A stretch of DNA of 64,000 nt from an uncultured Conexibacteraceae bacterium. Its GTDB lineage: Bacteria > Actinomycetota > Thermoleophilia > Solirubrobacterales > Solirubrobacteraceae. The notes below the pieces were generated by a model, which was not told where the DNA came from, searched no databases, and was given only the letters and a program-made list of their open reading frames with translations. Below are positions 1 through 8,910 of the stretch, one piece after another; position 1 is the first letter of the stretch, and each line of letters begins with the position of its first letter. Location of the stretch: positions 156,225-220,224 of the forward strand of contig CAWCEO010000005.1 of NCBI GenBank assembly GCA_963794585.1. The letters are read 5' to 3'. A program made the position numbers and the translations under genes.

Positions 1-245
1 TGCGGCAACAGGACGCCGACGCGTGGAGAACCGGTTCCCGCCCACCCCGGCAGGGTCATCGCGCGCCCGTCGGCGTAGAGCCCGGCAAACGCCTTCTTCG
101 GCTTGCCGAGCCCCCAGCGCGCGATCAGGGCCTCGGCGACGAGGAAGCCCACGTTGTGCGGCGTGCGCGCGTACTGCGCGCCCGGATTACCGAGCCCGAC
201 GATCAGCCAATCGACGGGCGCGGGACTGCGTCCTGGAAGCTTCAT
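1..245 (-). CDS. pth: Peptidyl-tRNA hydrolase (partial, runs off window start)
   Basis: Manual translation [34 protein letters not shown] shows the LIVGLGNPG...HNVGF Pth motif; directly downstream of rplY; not in ORF track. Confidence 0.93.
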   Translation of the reverse strand, partial: MKLPGRSPAPVDWLIVGLGNPGAQYARTPHNVGFLVAEALIARWGLGKPKKAFAGLYADGRAMTLPGWAGTGSPRVGVLLP

Positions 246-273
246 GGGGCTCCAGCGGAGCCCGCCCGGGCTG

Positions 274-945
274 TTACTCGCCGCCCTCGGAGGCCGAGTC
301 GTCGGCCTCCGCGGCAGCGGCCGGGGCGGCCTGACCCACGACCTCGGTCTCGGTCTCGACGCCCTCGTCGGACTCCGTCGACACGCTCGGAGGCGTGACC
401 GAGGCCAGCACCGTCGCGTCCGGGTCGTCGAGCAGCGTGACGCCCGCAGGCGCCGTGATCTCCGACAGCTGCAGCGTGCCGTTCATCTCCATCTTGGAGA
501 CGTCGACCTCGATGAACTCGGGGATCTCGTTCGGGAGCGCCTCGATCGTCAGCTCGCGCGTGACGTGCTCGAGGATGCCGCCCTCGACGACGCCGGGCGC
601 CTTGTCGTCACCGACGAAATGGACGGCGACCGTCGCCTGAATGGCGACGTTGAGGTCGACGCGCAGCAGGTCGACGTGCATGAGATCACCGCGCACCGGA
701 TGACGCTGAGCGTCCTTGAGCACGGCGGGCGTCGACGAAGAGCCGTCGACGCTCAGCTCGAGCACCGCGCCCTTCGCGGCAAGCGCGTGGCGGAGGGTGC
801 GTTCAGCGACGGCGAAGGAGACGGGCTCCTCAGAGCCTCCGTAGAGGACTCCGGGGACCTGGCCGCTACGGCGCAGGCGGCGGGTCTCGCGGGAGTGAGC
901 TGCCTCGCGGGCGTGAACGTCGAGCTTGGTGGTCTGGTCGGCCAT
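274..945 (-). CDS. rplY: 50S ribosomal protein L25/Ctc
   Basis: [15 protein letters not shown] and [17 protein letters not shown] motifs, acidic tail; start set at MADQ. Confidence 0.95.
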   Translation of the reverse strand: MADQTTKLDVHAREAAHSRETRRLRRSGQVPGVLYGGSEEPVSFAVAERTLRHALAAKGAVLELSVDGSSSTPAVLKDAQRHPVRGDLMHVDLLRVDLNVAIQATVAVHFVGDDKAPGVVEGGILEHVTRELTIEALPNEIPEFIEVDVSKMEMNGTLQLSEITAPAGVTLLDDPDATVLASVTPPSVSTESDEGVETETEVVGQAAPAAAAEADDSASEGGE

Positions 946-990
946 GGGCGGCGGTCGATGGTAGCGGAGGAGCCGCAAAAAGCGCGGCTC

Positions 991-2883
991 CTAAGGACCC
1001 CACTGCTTGGTGGCCTTGTAGATCCGCTGGAGGTCGAAGAAGGCGGGCTTCTTGACCCCGGCCATCGTGATCGTCGCCTTCTGGTGGATCGGCGGCGCCG
1101 CCCACGGGTTGCCGCCTTCCCAGCCGGGCTTGACCGCGAACTCCTCAAGGGTCCACCACAGCGCGCCCGACAGCCATGGCTTGCTCGCGTAGACGCCGTA
1201 GTGGTAGTTGGCGAACGCCTGCTGGAACTGGTAGGTCCCACGCTCCTCGACCGGGCCGTCGCGGTTGGCTTCCGCGCCCGTCTCGGTGATCACGATCGCC
1301 TTGGTGGGATAGCACTGGCGGACGCTGTCGAGGTAATCGCTGAGCGTCGTCTGGTCGGCGATCTGGCCGTTGGGGCCGGAGTACCACCCGAAGTACTCGT
1401 TGATGCCCAGGACGTCGAGCTGTGCGTACTCCGGCTGGCAGCCGGCCGACGGGTAGCCGGCGACCGCAAGGCCGACCGGGCGCGTCGGGTCCAGCGACTT
1501 GGCGAGCTTGACCGCGCGCTGGATGTAGTACCCCTGCACCGGGCCCGGGCGGGCGCTCAGCTCGTTGCCCGCCGACCACACGATGACCGACGGGTGGTTG
1601 ATGTTGGTCCGCACCGCGCTCTCCAGCTCACGCGCCGCCAGCTGGCGCACCTCGCGCTGCTTGAGGTACTTGGTCTTGACCGAGTAGACGGGCACCTCGA
1701 CCCAGGCCAGCATGCCGAGCTCGTCTAGGCGCTCGTAGTAGTAGGGGTGCAGCGGGTAGTGGCTGCGCAACAACGTCGCCCCCGCCTCGCGGGCCCACGT
1801 GATCTGCTGCTCGCGCTCGGCGTTGCCGATCGCAAAGCCCTTGTCGAGCGAGTCCTCGTGCGTGCCGAAGCCCCGGAAATGCAGCGGCTTGCCGTTGAGC
1901 ATGAGGTGGCCGTCAACGACCTTGATCGACCGGATGCCCGTCTGCACGTGGTAGGTCTGCAGCGTCTTCTTGCCGTCGCTGACGGTCAAGGACGTGTTGT
2001 AGAGATACGGGCGGGTAGGCGACCACGTCTTGGGGTTCTTGACCGCGATGCGCTTGGTGAACGTCGCGAACTTCTTGGCCCCCACCGACGCCGTGCCGAG
2101 CACGATCTTGCGCGCGCCCAGACGCGCGGTCACCCGCATCCGCTGCGCCTTGTCGCCGTAGTTGCGCAGGGTGGTCTTGTAGGTGACGTGGGCGTCGCAG
2201 CTGCCGCATGGCAGGTCGGGCAGGACCGCCACGGTGTTGAAGTCCGCGCGATCGATCTTGCGCAGATAGACCTCGCGCAGCAGGCCGCCGTAGTTCCACC
2301 AGCCACCGGTCGGCACACCGGTGCTCGACAGGCCCGAGGGCGGGAAATCGGTCGGGAAGCGGCGGTCGTCGACGCGGATCGCCAACAGATTGGTTCCGCC
2401 ACGCTTGAGCAACCCGGCGGGCAGCCGGATCTCGAACGGCAGATAGGCGCCGGTGTTCTTGCCGATCAGCTTGCCGTTGAGGTAGACCCTCGAGCGGTAG
2501 TTAACCGACTCGAAGCGCACGACCCAGGACAGCCGCTTGGCCGCGCTCGGGAGGTGGAAGCTCTTGCGATACCAGCCGACGCCGCCGGAGAAGGACGCGT
2601 CGGAGAAGTCCTTGGCGTTCCAGGCGTTGGGGACGCTGACCGGCGTCCAGCCCACGGTCGATGGATTGCCGGCAAAGACCGACACGGCGCCGTTGCCGGC
2701 GGTGTCAGCGCGGTAATACCACTGACCGCCCATCAGGTAGCGCCCGGAGGCACCGCCCTTGTAGAGGGTCTTGGTCTGGAGGCCGTCGGCCTGGGCGGCG
2801 TGGGCGATCGGGCTCTGGGCCACGGCGGCCGTCGGCAATGCGAAGGCGGCGAGGAGGGACAGCAGAAGGCAGCGTCGGAGCAT
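991..2883 (-). CDS. Secreted glycoside hydrolase family 2 (beta-glucuronidase/galactosidase-like)
   Basis: Signal peptide; RFESVNY, LRSHYP, NHPSVIVWSAGNE (acid/base) and ITETGA (nucleophile) motifs. Confidence 0.88.
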   Translation of the reverse strand: MLRRCLLLSLLAAFALPTAAVAQSPIAHAAQADGLQTKTLYKGGASGRYLMGGQWYYRADTAGNGAVSVFAGNPSTVGWTPVSVPNAWNAKDFSDASFSGGVGWYRKSFHLPSAAKRLSWVVRFESVNYRSRVYLNGKLIGKNTGAYLPFEIRLPAGLLKRGGTNLLAIRVDDRRFPTDFPPSGLSSTGVPTGGWWNYGGLLREVYLRKIDRADFNTVAVLPDLPCGSCDAHVTYKTTLRNYGDKAQRMRVTARLGARKIVLGTASVGAKKFATFTKRIAVKNPKTWSPTRPYLYNTSLTVSDGKKTLQTYHVQTGIRSIKVVDGHLMLNGKPLHFRGFGTHEDSLDKGFAIGNAEREQQITWAREAGATLLRSHYPLHPYYYERLDELGMLAWVEVPVYSVKTKYLKQREVRQLAARELESAVRTNINHPSVIVWSAGNELSARPGPVQGYYIQRAVKLAKSLDPTRPVGLAVAGYPSAGCQPEYAQLDVLGINEYFGWYSGPNGQIADQTTLSDYLDSVRQCYPTKAIVITETGAEANRDGPVEERGTYQFQQAFANYHYGVYASKPWLSGALWWTLEEFAVKPGWEGGNPWAAPPIHQKATITMAGVKKPAFFDLQRIYKATKQWGP

Positions 2884-2945
2884 CTCGGGGAGGGGGAACA
2901 CCACGGGCAGGGACGCGATGCGGTCCGACGAGACGAAGCCTGGGA

Positions 2946-3404
2946 TCAGCAGGAGTCCTCGTTGTCGGCCAGCGGCGCGCTAAGTGCCAGCAGGCTAACG
3001 GAGCGTCCGGTCAGCGGACCGCCATGGCGTCTGACGGTCACGCACTGCACGATCGGCCGGCTGTCGACACCATGCACCCAGACCACGCGCGACTTGCCGG
3101 TGCTGGTGCCCAGCGTGTAGGAGGTGCCGGAGTCCAGGCGCGCGATCTTCACCGCACCCGCGCCGGTGACCTTCGGCAGGAAGACCGCGATGTCCGCCTG
3201 GCAGCCGCGGTCGCAGCCGTCGAGCTCGGCGACGACGCCGTCGATGTCGCCGGCGGCCTCGCGCTGCAGCAGCGTGAAGATCGCGTCGCGCTCCCGGTTC
3301 TCGGTGGTCAGGAAGCGCGCCGACAGGAAGCCGACGGCCAGCACGACGAGCGTGACCGGGACGGCGATGACGACCAGGCGACGGCTGGGACGGCGGGCGA
3401 GCAC
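2946..3404 (-). CDS. Hypothetical membrane-anchored protein
   Basis: One N-terminal TM helix, 4 Cys, same orientation as neighbours. Confidence 0.65.
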   Translation of the reverse strand: MLARRPSRRLVVIAVPVTLVVLAVGFLSARFLTTENRERDAIFTLLQREAAGDIDGVVAELDGCDRGCQADIAVFLPKVTGAGAVKIARLDSGTSYTLGTSTGKSRVVWVHGVDSRPIVQCVTVRRHGGPLTGRSVSLLALSAPLADNEDSC

Positions 3405-3432
3405 TGCGCTCGCACCCTAGTCGGCGCGCGGG

Positions 3433-4176
3433 TCAGCCGGTCGCAGGGAACTCGTCGGGGCCGTTGATCTCCAGGAAGCGCTGCACGCTGCGCTCCTGAG
3501 CTTCAAGCCGATCGACCATGCTGCGAGCGTGATCGGCAGCGCGAGCGACGAAGTCCTCCAGCGCGGCCTCCGGATCATCGGGCAGCGGGTAGACGTGGGC
3601 GACGTCCTGCTGGGCGCAGGCGATGCCCATCGGCGGTAGGCCGTCAGACAGCGTGCGGGCGCCGCAGACCGGGACGATCGTGAGGTGGCGCTCGGGCGCG
3701 ACGAGCGCGACCGGCATCAGACGATGGGCCGGCAGCGGGATGTCGAGGTCAACCGAGCGCACCAACATCACCCCCGATTCGGCGACATCGCGCAGCGGGC
3801 CTTCCCAGATCGCCAGGACGGTGTCGGCGGCCTGCAGCGCGTCGCGCAGCGTCCGGGCCTGCGCCGCGTAGGCGTCCTGGGCCTCCTCGCGGCTGTAGGC
3901 CTCACCGAGATCGAGGTCGACCGGGACGCGCAGGAGGTCGCGCGCACCCAGCTTCTCCCCCTCGCCGTGGCCGCCGTTGGCGACATAGGTCTGGATCGTG
4001 CCGAGGTCGCGACGCCCGTGGAAGATGACCGTGAGCTCCTCGCAGAGCGCGAGACCCCGCACCTTCAGCGCGACCGCAGCGGCGTCTTGGGGGTCCAGCA
4101 GGGCGCGGCGCAGCAGCTCGTCGGCGAGGTCGTCGCCGGGCGGGTCGTCGTGCCGGTCTGGATGCTGATCGTCCAC
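3433..4176 (-). CDS. Hypothetical protein
   Basis: Protein-like composition; GTG start preceded by GGAGG; no recognised motif. Confidence 0.7.
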   Translation of the reverse strand: MDDQHPDRHDDPPGDDLADELLRRALLDPQDAAAVALKVRGLALCEELTVIFHGRRDLGTIQTYVANGGHGEGEKLGARDLLRVPVDLDLGEAYSREEAQDAYAAQARTLRDALQAADTVLAIWEGPLRDVAESGVMLVRSVDLDIPLPAHRLMPVALVAPERHLTIVPVCGARTLSDGLPPMGIACAQQDVAHVYPLPDDPEAALEDFVARAADHARSMVDRLEAQERSVQRFLEINGPDEFPATG

Positions 4177-4319
4177 CGCGCCTCCCACCTGTCGCTCGGT
4201 TGCTGGATGGTGCACCGAGTCCTACCCCATTTCATCGGACAGATGGTCGAAATCTCCATCGCCGATCCGGCAGTTGCGGCCAGGCGTCTGCGGTCGCGCG
4301 CTCGGGTACGTTGCGACCT

Positions 4320-4616
4320 ATGAAGCTTTTGTACAAGCCGTTCGGGATCGTGCTGGGCCTCCTCGCCGGCCTGCTGTCAAAGAAGCTGTTTGACGTCATC
4401 TGGGGGATCTTCGACAACGAGGAGCCGCCCAAGCCGACCACGCAGGAGGCCGACTGGCCGAAGGTGATGGCCGCCGCCGCGGTCCAGGGCGTGACCTTCA
4501 AGGTGACGCGCGCCGCGGTCGACCGTGCCGGCGCCAAGGGCTGGGATCACCTCTTCGGCGTGTGGCCCGGCGAGAAGCGCCAGGAGAAGTCGCAGGCCGC
4601 CGAAGCGGTCCGCTAA
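4320..4616 (+). CDS. DUF4235-like small membrane protein
   Basis: MKLLYKPFG...W...EEPPKP...TRAAVDRAGAKG...WPGE pattern of the actinobacterial family. Confidence 0.75.
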   Translation: MKLLYKPFGIVLGLLAGLLSKKLFDVIWGIFDNEEPPKPTTQEADWPKVMAAAAVQGVTFKVTRAAVDRAGAKGWDHLFGVWPGEKRQEKSQAAEAVR

Positions 4617-4927
4617 CGCGCTGCGCGGACCACGAACCCGCGCTCGCGAAGATCTTCAAGGGCGTCCTCGAACGCGCCGAAGTCCTGGGCGAGCAGCAGA
4701 TCGATCGGGCGGCCGTGGCGACCGGCGGCGCGGACCCAGCGCTTGAGGACTTCGGGACCGGCGCGCTCCGCGGCCTCCTCGGTCAACGTGAGCAGGATCG
4801 GCAGCTGTGGCTTGTGGTCGAGCTCGCCGCCCAGGACGCTCAGCGGATCGGCGTCAAGGACCGCCAGCAGCTCGTCGTCGGAGAGTCCGAGCCGGTCCTG
4901 CAGCAGAGCGGCGGCGGTGGAGGTCAG
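4613..4927 (-). CDS. Hypothetical 104-aa protein, putative CTG start, Xre/MbcA/ParS antitoxin-like C-terminus
   Basis: Open frame LTSTAAALLQDRLGLSDDELLAVLDADPL...KRWVRAAGRHGRPIDLLLAQDFGAFEDALEDLRERGFVVRAAR*; CTG overlaps the prs stop as CTGA. Confidence 0.6.
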   Translation of the reverse strand: MTSTAAALLQDRLGLSDDELLAVLDADPLSVLGGELDHKPQLPILLTLTEEAAERAGPEVLKRWVRAAGRHGRPIDLLLAQDFGAFEDALEDLRERGFVVRAAR

Positions 4928-6006
4928 AAGAGCTGGTTCTCGCCGCCAAAGACTTCTGACACCGAGTCGTCGGTGAAGATCCGGCGGATCGAGTCCGTCA
5001 GCAGGTCGGCGCAGGAGAGCACCTGGATGTTCTCCGGCGCGCCAGGCCGCAGCGGGATCGTGTCGGTGACGACGATCTTCTCGAAGCCCGCGGCCTCGAG
5101 GTTCTCATAGGCGTTGCCGCTGAACACGGGGTGCGTCGCGGCGGCGAAGACGCGCGCAGCGCCCTCGTCGCGGACCGTGTGCGCGGCGGCCTTCAGGGTC
5201 CCGGCCGTGTCGATCATGTCATCGACGATCACCGCGGTCTTGCCCTTGACGTCGCCGATCACGTAGCCGATCTCGGCGACCTGCTGGGCCGGGCGCTCCT
5301 TGTCGAGGATCGCCAGCTCGGCGCCGATCTTGGACGCGAACTTCTTGTTGAGCTTGACACGGCCGGCGTCCGGCGCGACGACGACGAGCTCGTTGAGCTG
5401 CATGTCGTCGAAGTGCTGGGTCAGCATCATCAGCGCGGTCATGTGGTCGACCGGGATGTTGAAGAAGCCCTGCACCTGGCCGGCGTGGAGGTCCATCGTC
5501 AGGACGCGGTCGGCGCCGGCCGCCTCGATCATGCGAGCGACCAGCCGCGCGCTGATCGGCTCGCGCGGGGCGCTCTTCTTGTCCTGGCGGCTATAGCCGT
5601 ACCACGGCGTGACGGCGATGACGCGATGGGCCGAGGCGCCGATCGCGGCGTCGATCATCACCAGCAGCTCCATCAGCGCGTCGTTGGCGCTGAGGCCCAT
5701 CTCCGGGTTGCTGCACATCGGCTGGATGAGGAAGACGTCCGCGCCGCGGATCGACTCCTCATAGCGGCAGTAGACCTCGCCGCTCTTGAAGGTCTTGAGG
5801 GTGATCGGCCCAAGGTCCACGCCGAGCTTCGACCCAATCTTGGCCGCCAGCTCGGGGTTCGCGCGCCCCGAGAACAGCATCAGCCGCTTGTCGTAGTCGA
5901 TCGGGAGGCTCGTAGCCACCGGCATCGTCCGCAGGGTGCTCACGTCGTCGACCATGGTAATCGGCTGACCCGACGCCTTGAGCGGCAACTGGATGCTGGT
6001 GCTCAC
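4924..6006 (-). CDS. prs: Ribose-phosphate pyrophosphokinase
   Basis: YGYSRQDKK, MDLHAGQVQGFF, VVAPDAG, IVDDMIDTAGT; start uncertain (GTG 6006 has an RBS). Confidence 0.96.
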   Translation of the reverse strand: MSTSIQLPLKASGQPITMVDDVSTLRTMPVATSLPIDYDKRLMLFSGRANPELAAKIGSKLGVDLGPITLKTFKSGEVYCRYEESIRGADVFLIQPMCSNPEMGLSANDALMELLVMIDAAIGASAHRVIAVTPWYGYSRQDKKSAPREPISARLVARMIEAAGADRVLTMDLHAGQVQGFFNIPVDHMTALMMLTQHFDDMQLNELVVVAPDAGRVKLNKKFASKIGAELAILDKERPAQQVAEIGYVIGDVKGKTAVIVDDMIDTAGTLKAAAHTVRDEGAARVFAAATHPVFSGNAYENLEAAGFEKIVVTDTIPLRPGAPENIQVLSCADLLTDSIRRIFTDDSVSEVFGGENQLF

Positions 6007-6031
6007 CTGATGTCCCGGTCCTTCTCTCCTG

Positions 6032-7351
6032 CTAGCGGTCCGCGTAGCCCTCGACATTGCGTTGGCGCGCACGCGCGACGGCGAGCGCACGGGCCGGGAC
6101 GTCCTGGGTGACGACCGACCCCGCGGCAGTGTAAGCGCCGTCGCCCAGCGACACCGGCGCGACGAGCGTCGTGTCCACCCCGGTCTTCACGCCGGCGCCG
6201 ATCGTGGTCCGGGACTTGGTCTTGGACTTGCTGTCGTAGTTGGCGGTGATCGTGGCCGCGCCGAGGTTGCAGTCGGGACCGACGTCGGCGTCGCCGATGT
6301 AGCTCAGGTGCGGGACCTTCGAGCCCTCGCCGATGTCGGAGTTCTTGATCTCGACGAAGGTGCCGGCCTTGGAATTGGTGCGCAGGTGCGCGCCAGGTCG
6401 CAAGTAGGCGAAGGGGCCGACCGAGACACCATCTTCGATCGTCGCGCCGTCGAGGTAGGAGCACTTGATCGAGCAGCGCTCGCCGATCGTGGTGGCGCCC
6501 TTGATCGACGTGCCGGGCTCGATCGTCGTGTCCTGGCCGATCGTGACGCCAGCGTCAATGCGGGTCGAGGCCGGGTCGATGATCGTGACGCCCGCGCGCA
6601 TGTGGTCTTCGAGGATCCGGCGCTGGGCCAGCGCGGTGACGTCGGCCAGCGCGACACGGTCGTTGATGCCGAGCACGAGCGCGTGGTCGTCGACGACGTG
6701 GGCAGCAACGACATCACCTTGGTCGCGCAGGAGCGCAAGCACGTCGGGCAGGTACTTCTCGCCCTGGGCGTTGTCGGTGCCGACACGCGGGAGCGCATCG
6801 GCGAGCGCGGCCTGGTCGAAGCAGAAGATGCCCGTGTTGATCTCGCGGATCTGGAGCTCTTCGGCGGTCGCGTCGCCGGGGGCCTTGGTCTCGACGACGC
6901 GCACGACGTGGCCGGTGGCCGGGTCGCGGACGACGCGGCCGTAGCCGGTGGCGTCGTCGAGGATCGTGGTCGCCATCGTCGCGGCAGCACCGGAGGCGAC
7001 GTGGGCGTCGACGAGCTGCCCGATCGCCTGCGAGGAGACCAGCGGCACGTCGCCGGAGAGGACGACGACCGGGACGCCGGGCGCGACGTCGGGCAGCGCG
7101 GCGAGCACGGCACCGCCGGTGCCGTCGGGCACCGGCTGGGTCGCGGTGCGCGTCCCCTCGGGCAGCGCGGCGGCGAGGTCGGTGCTGGGCGAGGAGACGA
7201 CCACGATGCGCTCCGCTCCGGCCTCCTGCGCGGCGATGACCGGCCACGCAACCATCGGCCGCCCGCAGATCTCATGCAGGACCTTGGGGGTCGCGGAACG
7301 CATCCGCGTCCCCTGTCCGGCGGCCATCACGACGGCGCTGAAGGAGGTCAC
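6032..7351 (-). CDS. glmU: Bifunctional UDP-GlcNAc pyrophosphorylase/glucosamine-1-P acetyltransferase
   Basis: MAAGQGTRMRS..PKVLH, EINTGI, KVPHLSYIGDA, hexapeptide repeats. Confidence 0.97.
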   Translation of the reverse strand: MTSFSAVVMAAGQGTRMRSATPKVLHEICGRPMVAWPVIAAQEAGAERIVVVSSPSTDLAAALPEGTRTATQPVPDGTGGAVLAALPDVAPGVPVVVLSGDVPLVSSQAIGQLVDAHVASGAAATMATTILDDATGYGRVVRDPATGHVVRVVETKAPGDATAEELQIREINTGIFCFDQAALADALPRVGTDNAQGEKYLPDVLALLRDQGDVVAAHVVDDHALVLGINDRVALADVTALAQRRILEDHMRAGVTIIDPASTRIDAGVTIGQDTTIEPGTSIKGATTIGERCSIKCSYLDGATIEDGVSVGPFAYLRPGAHLRTNSKAGTFVEIKNSDIGEGSKVPHLSYIGDADVGPDCNLGAATITANYDSKSKTKSRTTIGAGVKTGVDTTLVAPVSLGDGAYTAAGSVVTQDVPARALAVARARQRNVEGYADR

Positions 7352-7386
7352 GGGGCGGAAGGCTAGAGGGAGCACGGCCGTCACGA

Positions 7387-7458
7387 CTGGGGGGCTCGGA
7401 TTCGAACCGAGACTGCACGGCGCCAAAGGCCGGCGGGCTGCCGTTACCCCACCCCCCA
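7387..7458 (-). tRNA. tRNA-Gln (TTG), CCA not encoded
   Basis: Cloverleaf: TGGGGGG/CCCCCCA acceptor, CTTTGGC anticodon loop, CTCGG-TTCGAAT-CCGAG T arm; usual actinobacterial position upstream of glmU. Confidence 0.93.
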
Positions 7459-7493
7459 AAAGGACCCTCCAGGTGGAGTTTGCCAGTTTGGCG

Positions 7494-8051
7494 TCACGTC
7501 GCCGGTGTCAGCAGCGCGCGAAGGTCCGGCGAGGTGATCGGGTCGGCGAGCAGGGCGCGGGCGTCGCCGACCGAGGAGAGGCGTCGCTCGGCGCGCACCA
7601 TGCCCAGCGTGCCGCCGAGCCGTGCCGCGGTGGCCAGGACGTCGTTGAAGGATGCGCCGACGAGCGCGAGCAGCTCGGGCTTGGGATGCGAGAGCGCGAC
7701 CAGGAACGGCGTGCCGTCACCGGTCGCCGCGCTGCTGAGCAGGACGCCGTCGGCAAGGTCGCCGCGGACGGCGGCGAGATGGACGGCTGAGAGCGCAGGG
7801 ACGTCGGGGGCGACGAGGATGATCGGGCCGTCGTGACCCGCGACGGCAGCGGGGAGCTCGGCGGCCGTCGCCAGCTGCAGCGGCTCGGCGCCGTCGCCGG
7901 CGGCGCGCGCCCAGTCCAGCGCGTGCTGGCGCAGCGCGGCACGCAGCGCATCGTCGGCCTCGGGGCCCAGCCACGCGCGCAGGGCCGGCTCGGCCGGTGC
8001 GGCGAGGGCGTCGAGGACGATCGCCAGCGGCGCGGCAACGGGGTCAGTCAA
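7494..8051 (-). CDS. Hypothetical protein, CofC/DUF2064 nucleotidyltransferase-like fold
   Basis: PIILVAPDVPALSAVHL and ATGDG resemble CofC/DUF2064; TTG start overlapping upstream stop is inferred. Confidence 0.5.
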   Translation of the reverse strand: MTDPVAAPLAIVLDALAAPAEPALRAWLGPEADDALRAALRQHALDWARAAGDGAEPLQLATAAELPAAVAGHDGPIILVAPDVPALSAVHLAAVRGDLADGVLLSSAATGDGTPFLVALSHPKPELLALVGASFNDVLATAARLGGTLGMVRAERRLSSVGDARALLADPITSPDLRALLTPAT

Positions 8052-8835
8052 AGCGGAAATGCGATCCCACCGGCGCGAGCTCCGTGCGGGTGACGTGCGG
8101 CAACGCAGCGGCAAGCGTCGCGGCAAACGCCTTCGGGCTGGCCTCGACGAGCCGCACGAGATCCTCCACCGGCGCCACCTCGTCGGTCACGCCGTTGGCG
8201 TAGTCGGTCGCATAGCCGAGCAGCGCGAACGGGATCTCGGCCTCGCCGGCCAGCACCGTCTCGGGCCCCGCCGTCTGGCTGACCGCCGTCACGCCGGCGG
8301 CGGCCAGTGTCCGGATCTCGGACTTGGTGTTGAACCGCGGGCCGTCGACGTGGCCGTAGCAGCCGCCATCACGCGCCTCGAGGCCGACCTCGCTCGCACC
8401 GGCCAGGAGCGCCGCGCGCAGGCCGGCGTGGAACGGCTGTTCGAAGATCCAGTGCCCGCGGCCGGCGCGACCGGGGTCGGTGTGCAGCGTGCAGATCGAC
8501 CCGTCGGCCAGCCGGTTGGCAAGGAAGTGCAGGTCGTCGAAGACGACCAGCGAGCCGAGCGCGACCGTCGGGTCGACCGCACCGCAGACCGTCACGGCGA
8601 GGATCGCGTCGGCGCCGCGATCGCGCAGCGCAGCGATGTTGGCCTGATGGGTCACCTGGTGTGACAGCCGCGGGTGGCCGGCGAGATGGCGCGAGACGTG
8701 CAGGACGTCGACGCCGGCAAAGCGCCCCTCGGTGATCGTCGCGGACCCGAACTCGGTGGCGACCTCGACGGCCTGCGCGTCGGCGAAGTCCGGCAGCGCG
8801 TAGGTGCCCGAGCCGGTGATGATCCCGATCCGCAT
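8044..8835 (-). CDS. MTAP-family purine nucleoside phosphorylase
   Basis: IGIITGSG, HQANIAAL, DGPRFNTKSE, ATDYA motifs. Confidence 0.88.
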   Translation of the reverse strand: MRIGIITGSGTYALPDFADAQAVEVATEFGSATITEGRFAGVDVLHVSRHLAGHPRLSHQVTHQANIAALRDRGADAILAVTVCGAVDPTVALGSLVVFDDLHFLANRLADGSICTLHTDPGRAGRGHWIFEQPFHAGLRAALLAGASEVGLEARDGGCYGHVDGPRFNTKSEIRTLAAAGVTAVSQTAGPETVLAGEAEIPFALLGYATDYANGVTDEVAPVEDLVRLVEASPKAFAATLAAALPHVTRTELAPVGSHFRFD

Positions 8836-8910
8836 GGTCCGGGATCCTACGGCGGCGGGTGGCGGTGGCTGCCCTGCTCGCTAGGAGGACGCTTCGCGCG
8901 GAGCGAGGAG

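Noticed and set aside
7387-7458. tRNA-Gln as an island integration site
   Set aside because: No integrase, no duplicated tRNA 3' end seen, and the flanking genes are housekeeping
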